Made by a program: the position numbers and the translations under genes. Shown piece after piece: positions 1 to 6,759 of a stretch of 64,000 nt of DNA (position 1 is its first letter; each line of letters opens with the position of its first letter). The stretch spans positions 1 through 64,000 of the IMG/VR virus record IMGVR_UViG_3300033997_000243, one strand, 5' to 3'. Under the pieces are notes generated by a model. That model made no database searches, had not been told where the DNA came from, and worked only from the letters and a program-made list of their open reading frames with translations.

Positions 1-420
1 AAGATCTCAAGGCATTTGAATTAGCCCACAGCGATCAGTGGAACAGATCATAAAAAGGCGGAGGTCTGCCTAAAATTTGCCTTCGTCAAATTAACAGGCC
101 AGATCTTTTTTTTTTTTTTTTTTTTTGAGGTGGAAAATGAGATCAGTAGAAAAGCAAAGATCTGTTTATTAATTGTTTGTTGGGGATCTGGGCATGGGGA
201 AATTGGATCAAGATCTTAAATCTACTACGTAGATTAAGAGCTGTACTTCGCTCCGCTTCGTACAACCTTAAAAGCAAACGAAAAAGCAAACATACTAACT
301 GGGTTATTGATCTTTTCCAGGATCCTTTTTCCGGTTCCGCCGCGCCGACCTTTCCCCTCACCAACTTTCGCGGACACCGACAACCCGCAGCCGCGCCTTC
401 GCAGCTTCTTCAATAAGGAA
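1..420. other. Non-coding GATC-dense region, candidate replication origin
   Basis: 11 GATC sites in 1-324, a T21 run at 106-126, a hairpin at 214-239, three AAAAGCAAA copies and two GCCGCGCC copies. No convincing gene. Confidence 0.4.
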
Positions 421-425
421 AACTT

Positions 426-860
426 ATGTACAATGACGAAACCTGTAAGCAATTAATCGAGCTTCAAAAGCTTGTCCATGATGCCAGACCAAAAGGTAAA
501 AAACGTGTTGAATTTGAAGAATTCAACCAACTTTTTAATGATCATCCAGAATTATTTTGCATTGGATTGACTAATAGGATATACCTATACTGTAAATATC
601 TTGATAGGCAAGTTCAAGATAGTTTTATAGAATACGTAAATCAGTCACATTCCAAACGAATACCACTAAAGAAAAAATTCCAATATAGAACAGCTTCTGA
701 GAAACGAGGTAAATTTCAATTTGTAGTATTTACTGAGCATCCAATTAAAGATAGTGGCTGGTATGTTTTTGGATTGAACACAGAATTTGCTATGGTTTCA
801 AAAGAAATGATGGATAAGATACAGTCCATTAAAGTCTCTTTTCTTAAAAACCAAATTTAG
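426..860 (+). CDS. Hypothetical protein (144 aa)
   Basis: ATG preceded by TAAGGA RBS; no recognisable motif. Confidence 0.75.
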   Translation: MYNDETCKQLIELQKLVHDARPKGKKRVEFEEFNQLFNDHPELFCIGLTNRIYLYCKYLDRQVQDSFIEYVNQSHSKRIPLKKKFQYRTASEKRGKFQFVVFTEHPIKDSGWYVFGLNTEFAMVSKEMMDKIQSIKVSFLKNQI

Positions 861-903
861 GCCGTAATGCCCATAATTTTTAAATTCCAATCAGGAGAAA
901 TAT

Positions 904-2133
904 ATGACAAGTGTAATTTGTGGATTAAAAGCCGGAAAGAAACCTAAAACTAAGGTTAAGGCCAAGAAAGGCAAAGTAGAAGAAATTGTGGTAAAGAAAA
1001 AGAAGGTTGCTGTTACCAAAGTGGAATTGGGTGACATTGAAAAGACCAAAAAGAAAATGGCAAAGAAGATAGCTGAAGGCGCTATTGATAAGGCCAAAAA
1101 ATCTTCAAAAAAATCTGACTCTGATTCTAAAACAGTTGTTGAGTCCAGCCAAGTTGCTTACGAAAGTGATGATCACTTGATTGTAAAGATTGGCACTAAA
1201 AATGTTCTTGGTCTTTATATAGGCCGTAACCGAATTCTTTTAGAAGATGGGGTTGAACGTGATGACTCTGACAACCAAAAAGAATTTAAACCTGAAGATG
1301 TTATTGCTAACTTAGGCAAAAAGCCAGCTATCGGCAGCGTGTTCGGGGTTAAGATAGAACCTTTTATTAAAAAGTTGACTTTGCCTGATATTGGTGAAGT
1401 TCGTTTATACCGTGAAAAGTTTACTAAACAACATTTTGATCTTCTTAAAAGTTGTTCTGAAACAGTTTTCAAATTGTTCAAAAAACACCGCATGACTTCT
1501 TGGTTAGATAACTTTAGCCATATAGAGTTACGCACTAAAGTAAGTAAGTATGCCGGAACATTTACTTACAAGCGTACAAAAGAAGGTGGCAAAACAGATT
1601 TCATTGTTATCAACGGAATTAATTTCGATGATCGTCAATATCTGGAATACGTACTTACCCACGAATTCTGCCACGGTGTCTGGTTCCGCCAAGTTCCTGA
1701 TCACTTAAAATCAAAATGGGCTGGAGTTTATGGTAAGCGTATTAAACGCCAGTCATTCGATTCGGATGATCTGAAAACACTGTTAAAAGATATTCAAGGC
1801 TACGATGGCGCAATTAATGCGTTCATGAAAGAAATGGCTGACGAAAATCAAGTAACCTTGATTAAAGAAATTTATTCTTATATGAAGCGTGTTCATCGTC
1901 TTGATCGTAATGACGTTGACATGCTGGTTCAGAACAATCGTGATGCACTCGAAGAGTTATGGCCTGAGCATCAAGATATTAGCGATCAAGTAAACGATGT
2001 TGGTTCTGAATATGCCCTTACCAATGTACGTGAATTCTTCGCTGAAACAATGACAGCGCATCTGCAAGGTAAAAAATTGCCAAGCGATGTAACTAAGGCT
2101 TGCGAATCCACAATACAAAAGTTGATTCGTTAA
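904..2133 (+). CDS. Zincin metallopeptidase (lethal-factor-like motif arrangement) with Lys-rich N-terminus
   Basis: AGGAG RBS; HEFCH (HExxH) at 1660-1674; C-terminal SEYALTNVREFFAE supplies the Tyr and third-ligand Glu typical of ATLF-like zincins. Confidence 0.7.
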   Translation: MTSVICGLKAGKKPKTKVKAKKGKVEEIVVKKKKVAVTKVELGDIEKTKKKMAKKIAEGAIDKAKKSSKKSDSDSKTVVESSQVAYESDDHLIVKIGTKNVLGLYIGRNRILLEDGVERDDSDNQKEFKPEDVIANLGKKPAIGSVFGVKIEPFIKKLTLPDIGEVRLYREKFTKQHFDLLKSCSETVFKLFKKHRMTSWLDNFSHIELRTKVSKYAGTFTYKRTKEGGKTDFIVINGINFDDRQYLEYVLTHEFCHGVWFRQVPDHLKSKWAGVYGKRIKRQSFDSDDLKTLLKDIQGYDGAINAFMKEMADENQVTLIKEIYSYMKRVHRLDRNDVDMLVQNNRDALEELWPEHQDISDQVNDVGSEYALTNVREFFAETMTAHLQGKKLPSDVTKACESTIQKLIR

Positions 2134-2142
2134 ACAGATCAG

Positions 2143-2868
2143 GTGCAGACAAAAACTCTGCACCTTTTATCAACGGAATATAACAAAATGAAAGTTCATA
2201 ACACAATAAACCCGTCCGACTACGACAAAAACTCCGAACTAAGATCAAAAGTTTGGACTGAATACACTGAAGGTCATCAAGTAATAGGTATTGATCTCGA
2301 TGAATCTATTCTGGCTACCGTAGAAGTTCTTCTTAACATGGTCAATGAAAGATGCGGAACAAAATACACGTTGTCTGATGTAGTTCGCTATGATATGGTT
2401 GAAACTCTTGGCCTCGATCTTCAAATGTTTTTGGATATTCTACATAACTCTAACTATTTGAGTATGACAAAACCATTTGAACATACAAAAGAATTCATAC
2501 GCAAATTGCGTGATGGAGAATTAAACGAGCAATTCAATTTACGTAATGACCAACCTGTTTACCTTGCATTTATTACACACAGAGGATTCCGCTCTGACGG
2601 CTTTAAACTAACTCACGATGTTTTAGTTGAGAGCGGTTTAATTCCAGATATGTTAATTGTTTGTCCTGTAGGGCATTCAAAGTTGGATATTCTCGATGAT
2701 TTATTTGGCGATAACGTACAACTGATTATAGAAGATCAGCCTAAGATCTTAAATGATTTTACTCAGGCTGGTATTCAAACTGTTAAAAATCTGCGACCTT
2801 GGAATAAAGATCATTGGACAGACTATACAATTGATCTTACTTGCAGTCCTGATCCAATATTTGCTTAA
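2143..2868 (+). CDS. HAD-superfamily 5'(3')-deoxyribonucleotidase-like protein
   Basis: IGIDLDES (DxD motif I), FITHR (motif II), K, IIEDQP (motif IV). True start may be ATG 2188. Confidence 0.75.
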   Translation: MQTKTLHLLSTEYNKMKVHNTINPSDYDKNSELRSKVWTEYTEGHQVIGIDLDESILATVEVLLNMVNERCGTKYTLSDVVRYDMVETLGLDLQMFLDILHNSNYLSMTKPFEHTKEFIRKLRDGELNEQFNLRNDQPVYLAFITHRGFRSDGFKLTHDVLVESGLIPDMLIVCPVGHSKLDILDDLFGDNVQLIIEDQPKILNDFTQAGIQTVKNLRPWNKDHWTDYTIDLTCSPDPIFA

Positions 2869-2913
2869 TTGATTTGAACGCATTTACTCGCATTTACAAA
2901 TCAAACTTTTTAC

Positions 2914-3100
2914 TCGATTCAATGTTAAAAATCAACAGCACTATAATTTGTATTTAGATAGTTCGCTATCTTCCTGGTGGATTAAAGTCAATGGATTTGA
3001 CGCTGTTGATTTGAATCGAAAATGGAGTGAGTTTCCCCTTAACTCCTATTAGATTTACTGGCTGGTTACGATACGCTAATGTCGTGCCAGCCATTTTTTT
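2914..3100 (+). ncRNA. Candidate structured non-coding RNA
   Basis: Long stem (2914-2920/3013-3019 and 2929-2939/3002-3012) enclosing a UUCG hairpin (2956-2971) and a second hairpin (2987-3001), followed by a terminator. No ORF over about 10 aa on the + strand seen. Confidence 0.4.
3059..3100 (+). terminator. Rho-independent terminator
   Basis: TGGCTGG/CCAGCCA stem with an inner TACGATA/TGTCGTG stem, followed by T7. Confidence 0.8.
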
Positions 3101-3111
3101 GTCCTGTCAAT

Positions 3112-3120
3112 ACTGTAAAT
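3112..3120 (+). promoter_or_regulatory. ACTGTAAAT putative phage promoter element
   Basis: The same 9-mer recurs just upstream of gene starts at 6643, 10014 and 28199. Here it is 28 nt before the clamp loader ATG. Confidence 0.55.
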
Positions 3121-3148
3121 CCTAGTGTATAAACCTAGAGGATTTACC

Positions 3149-4303
3149 ATGTCTAAAAAACTTGTCAGTAAGAAACCCAAAACACTCGAAAGTTACAACC
3201 TTCCTGAAAAATACCGTCCAACAAAACTTTCTGATTATATTGGTCAAACTAGCGCTCAAAATACAATGAGTGGTTGGCTTGAGCGTAAACGCTTTCCCTC
3301 AACAATTTTAATCAGCGGTTTAACTGGTAGTGGAAAGACCACGCTTGCCAAAATGATAGCGCGTTACGTAAACTGTGAAAAGAATACAGCTTGCGGTAAA
3401 TGTGATGCTTGTAAATTCTCTGATGACCAAATTCCAGATTTAATTGAAATCAATGCTGGTGAAGCTGGTAACATAGATGACATTCGCAATCTGTTACAAC
3501 GCGCAAAACGTACACCCCGTTTTAACAAACAAATCATTTTGATTGACGAAGCCCATTTACTTAGTGATAAAGCTGAAAGCACTTTGCTGGTTCCACTAGA
3601 AAAGCCGAGCAAAAACTGCATCTGGATTTTATGTACTACTAATCCAGAAAAACTTAAGAACACAATTCGCAATCGCTGCACACACATAACGCTTAATCCA
3701 ATATCAGCCAAAGAAGTTTATGCTCGTTTAGAGATCATTGTGAGAGAAGAAGGTCTTAAGATTAAAGACAAAGACTTATTCAAAAAATGCCTTAAGCGTA
3801 TTGCCGAACTTTGTGAAGGCCAGATGCGTAATGCAATAAGTATGTTGGACACATTGATCAGCATTGTTTCAAGTGGTAACAAATATGATGAAAGTGTTGT
3901 CAGCGATCTTGGTATGCAAGCAACTGAAGAAGAATTGAATTCTGTTTCTGCTGAAATACTTGTTGCAGTTCTTGGTAACAATTTGTTGGGTATCGTTAAA
4001 AACTGCAAAGGTTGCAAAGAACCTCGTAAACTTATTTCACAACTGCGTTATCTTATTGACTGGCAAATTGAAAGTATTACTGGCATTGCAAAATATGTTC
4101 CAGCCATTGGTAAACTTTTTGTTTCGTCCGTTAATAAAAACAAGGTAAAAGTTTCGTTGCCCGCTTTGTTAAAAGTTCAATCTGTTTTACTTGATGTCGA
4201 TCACAAAATCTTAACGGTTCCGGCTTATCCTGCGGCTGTTGCACTTTATACTGCATTAGCTGATTTAAGTGTTGACGACTATTTTAACAAGGTGAAAAAA
4301 TGA
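3149..4303 (+). CDS. dnaX: Clamp loader AAA+ ATPase, DNA polymerase III gamma/tau-like
   Basis: PEKYRP, Walker A GLTGSGKTT, Zn module C...CGKCDAC, Walker B IDEAH and SRC-equivalent IRNRC. GAGG RBS before ATG 3149. Confidence 0.9.
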   Translation: MSKKLVSKKPKTLESYNLPEKYRPTKLSDYIGQTSAQNTMSGWLERKRFPSTILISGLTGSGKTTLAKMIARYVNCEKNTACGKCDACKFSDDQIPDLIEINAGEAGNIDDIRNLLQRAKRTPRFNKQIILIDEAHLLSDKAESTLLVPLEKPSKNCIWILCTTNPEKLKNTIRNRCTHITLNPISAKEVYARLEIIVREEGLKIKDKDLFKKCLKRIAELCEGQMRNAISMLDTLISIVSSGNKYDESVVSDLGMQATEEELNSVSAEILVAVLGNNLLGIVKNCKGCKEPRKLISQLRYLIDWQIESITGIAKYVPAIGKLFVSSVNKNKVKVSLPALLKVQSVLLDVDHKILTVPAYPAAVALYTALADLSVDDYFNKVKK

Positions 4304-4542
4304 TTGAAGTTCAAAACGAAGCATCCATTTCAATAGCTTTATTTTTACTATGCTTATTTTCTGCGGTTGCTGTACTAGCCTTTGCTGTCTACAAGATTTT
4401 CTTTAGTAATCCTGATCACAAAATCAGCTATCATGAATTTGATAATGGTGTGGAATACGATCATCGTGATACTGGTGCAGAAATGAATGACATTATTTCA
4501 CATGCCGAAAAATCTAGGCAAGGAGATAAGAATGATGGATAA
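4300..4542 (+). CDS. Small membrane protein
   Basis: Hydrophobic segment ISIALFLLCLFSAVAVLAFAVY; ATGA overlap with the upstream gene. Confidence 0.7.
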   Translation: MIEVQNEASISIALFLLCLFSAVAVLAFAVYKIFFSNPDHKISYHEFDNGVEYDHRDTGAEMNDIISHAEKSRQGDKNDG

Positions 4543-4855
4543 AACATTTACAATAGATTTTTCTGGATTCTTCCCAAGCGATAAAAGGCCAAAGTTAACA
4601 ATTGATGTTCCTGAGTCTTTTCATGAAAAGGCATTCAGTTCACCTTTACCGACTGAAGGTTGCTTTGATTGTACTTTTGAAGAAGAGAAGCCTTCAGTCG
4701 GTGCAATACGAGATATTTTTTCTAAGTGGGCTGAATTAATGTATGATCAGCCAATTTATAAAGATCCTCTTGCTGAATTTCGTCCGAGAGCACTCAAAGC
4801 TGTTAACGAAATTCAGCAACACAATTTTGAAGTAAATAAAGTATTTACTTGTTAA
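4532..4855 (+). CDS. Hypothetical protein (possibly the N-terminal part of a gene interrupted by TAA 4853-4855)
   Basis: AGGAG RBS before ATG 4532. The same frame stays open after the stop until 5329. Confidence 0.65.
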   Translation: MMDKTFTIDFSGFFPSDKRPKLTIDVPESFHEKAFSSPLPTEGCFDCTFEEEKPSVGAIRDIFSKWAELMYDQPIYKDPLAEFRPRALKAVNEIQQHNFEVNKVFTC

Positions 4856-5329
4856 ATAACAGAGCTTGAACATTGGAGCTATGGTATTCCCGATAGTAAA
4901 TTTTTACGTGAGTACGAATCAGGAACTATTGTAGTTTATATTCCTGTTGTTAAGGCTCAGAAATTTGAAATAATCCACTGTATAGATAAACAATTGTCAG
5001 CTCGTTTGTCTTTTCTTGCAGGTAAAAAAGTTAAAGCTCGTTATTGTTATGCGATTACAGAAAAATTTGAGAAAAACGGTTTAGCATACACCAAACCTGA
5101 TTTGATTGATAACTTTGTCTTGCTTCATACTTTGAAGTTTGGTAATGTAAAAAGTATTTATCACGGATCTACTGAGCTACAGCTTACTGATGGCACTATT
5201 GGAAATAGTTCATTGATAGCAACAGCTGTTCTTGATTATGTAAATCCGTATGATATTGATCCGACCGAACAAAAACCAATGAATAAAGTTTCAGTTGAGA
5301 TTAACACTGAAACCAATGGAGAAATTTAA
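4856..5329 (+). CDS. Hypothetical protein or in-frame continuation of the previous gene
   Basis: Frame open from 4856 (ITELEHWSYG...). The first canonical start is TTG 4994, with no clear RBS. Confidence 0.5.
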   Translation: MTELEHWSYGIPDSKFLREYESGTIVVYIPVVKAQKFEIIHCIDKQLSARLSFLAGKKVKARYCYAITEKFEKNGLAYTKPDLIDNFVLLHTLKFGNVKSIYHGSTELQLTDGTIGNSSLIATAVLDYVNPYDIDPTEQKPMNKVSVEINTETNGEI

Positions 5330-5330
5330 A

Positions 5331-6107
5331 ATGCAAACAATTCAAACTGTACAAAAATCTTTCGGTAGTGATATGCAGCGTATTTGCGTTTCCGGTATGC
5401 CTTCAAAAGAAATCTGCAACTTATTTTTTGATCAACCTGATACTCAGTTCACTGACGGCATTAAAGAATTAATGCTTATTCAGTTTGCTAATGTTCTTGA
5501 TAAAGACTCTATTAATCTTTTATCTGTATCTAAGCGTGTTGATGTGCATTCTCCATTTTCTAAAATTGGTGTTCTTTCTCGTTTGAGAACAACTCGGTTT
5601 CTTACCAACCTTGTACTTCACACTCGTTTTAATGAATACTACAACAATGCTGGCCGCAAAAGATTTTCCGGTAAGTACAGAGTAAGACTTGCAGAAACTG
5701 ATATTGATCAAAAGCGTATTGAAAATAGTGTTGTAGTTAATCCTATGTACGATATTTCAAAACGTATAAGTCACACAATTGTCATGTGTTCTGCGCTTCA
5801 ACGTGAAACATATTTTAAGTATGTTACAGATTTCTTTGCTTTCATAGATAATGTTCGCAATGGAACTATTAGTACAGAACTCGGAGATCAAAGTTCTACT
5901 TTACCTCCGCTTGGCCGCACTGACTACATGCTTAATTCTTCTCAGGTTGTACGTTTAGCTAGTATCTACGAAGATCTTTATAAAATCTTCAAGGCAAGTT
6001 ATGCGAGTGATCTTGATACAGATCAAATTGTTTTCCAAATACGTCCAGATTTACTGATTAAAAAACCTGTGCTTGTTTTTATAGCACCTTCTGAGGTGAA
6101 AGACTAA
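5331..6107 (+). CDS. Hypothetical protein
   Basis: GGAGA RBS before ATG 5331; long ORF tightly packed with neighbours. Confidence 0.75.
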   Translation: MQTIQTVQKSFGSDMQRICVSGMPSKEICNLFFDQPDTQFTDGIKELMLIQFANVLDKDSINLLSVSKRVDVHSPFSKIGVLSRLRTTRFLTNLVLHTRFNEYYNNAGRKRFSGKYRVRLAETDIDQKRIENSVVVNPMYDISKRISHTIVMCSALQRETYFKYVTDFFAFIDNVRNGTISTELGDQSSTLPPLGRTDYMLNSSQVVRLASIYEDLYKIFKASYASDLDTDQIVFQIRPDLLIKKPVLVFIAPSEVKD

Positions 6108-6109
6108 CA

Positions 6110-6649
6110 ATGAATTTTCACGCAGCTGATTTGCATTTCGGTCAGTCGAATGTTTGTAAATACAGAACTCATTTCTCTTCTGTGCAAGAACATGACACTG
6201 TTATTTTTGAAAATATTTTAAGACAACTTAACAAAAGATCTACCCTTTATCTTCATGGAGATATTTGCTTTAGTGAAGAATCGTTAAAGTATATCGAGCA
6301 ATTTCGTGAAACTGGGGCCACCGTTATTTTGATAGGTGGCAACCACTGCACAGATAAAATTCCATTGAAGAGACTGTGCGAAGTCTACTCAGCGGTTTAT
6401 TTTTATCAAAACAAATATGGTTTTACTTTAAGTCATATGCCACTGCATCCAGAACATTTACGTGGTAAATTAAATGTTCATGGCCACTTGCATGATAAAG
6501 TTATTGAAGATCCTCGTTATTTGAATGTTAGTCTTGAACAAACAAACTATCATGCACTTAGCTTGGATCATATTCGTGAAATTTTTTCTGAAAGAATTTC
6601 TTCTGGAAAGCTCTGTGAAACATACAAGCAGAGTCTGAAGTTACTGTAA
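6110..6649 (+). CDS. Calcineurin-like metallophosphoesterase
   Basis: Motifs DLHFG, HGD, GNH, SHMP and HGHLH. Confidence 0.9.
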   Translation: MNFHAADLHFGQSNVCKYRTHFSSVQEHDTVIFENILRQLNKRSTLYLHGDICFSEESLKYIEQFRETGATVILIGGNHCTDKIPLKRLCEVYSAVYFYQNKYGFTLSHMPLHPEHLRGKLNVHGHLHDKVIEDPRYLNVSLEQTNYHALSLDHIREIFSERISSGKLCETYKQSLKLL

Positions 6650-6651
6650 AT
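6643..6651 (+). promoter_or_regulatory. ACTGTAAAT putative phage promoter element
   Basis: Recurrent motif, here overlapping the stop codon of the preceding gene. Confidence 0.5.
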
Positions 6652-6662
6652 AAGGTAGTACA

Positions 6663-6755
6663 ATGTTTGACGATCCACGCATGTTAAGTGAGTTCCAAAA
6701 GATATTTGGTGAACAAAAAGAATCTGAAGAAACCACTGAAACAAAAGAAGAGTAG
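6663..6755 (+). CDS. 30-aa acidic microprotein (MFDDPRMLSEFQKIFGEQKESEETTETKEE)
   Basis: TAAGGT RBS at 6651-6656; fills the gap and stops 4 nt before the SbcC ATG. Below the ORF-track cutoff. Confidence 0.5.
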   Translation: MFDDPRMLSEFQKIFGEQKESEETTETKEE

Positions 6756-6759
6756 AACT

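Noticed and set aside
1-420. Canonical DnaA boxes or bacterial chromosomal oriC
   Set aside because: No TTATCCACA-type 9-mers seen, and the flanking genes are phage-like rather than dnaA, mioC or gidA.
143-452. Short ORFs at 143-364 (-), 177-416 (+) and 234-452 (-)
   Set aside because: No clear RBS, atypical composition, mutually overlapping, and within the repeat/hairpin region; likely non-coding.
2869-3110. tRNA in the structured intergenic region
   Set aside because: No cloverleaf with T-loop and acceptor geometry; GTTCG here is the loop of a simple 6-bp hairpin.
4280-4303. E. coli-style dnaX -1 frameshift giving gamma and tau
   Set aside because: The gene is gamma-length. The A-run at its end is a stop-start overlap with a membrane protein gene, not a tau domain.
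4853-4855. Genome-wide stop-codon reassignment
   Set aside because: Coding density is already near complete under the standard code, and TAA, TAG and TGA all end genes with proper downstream starts.
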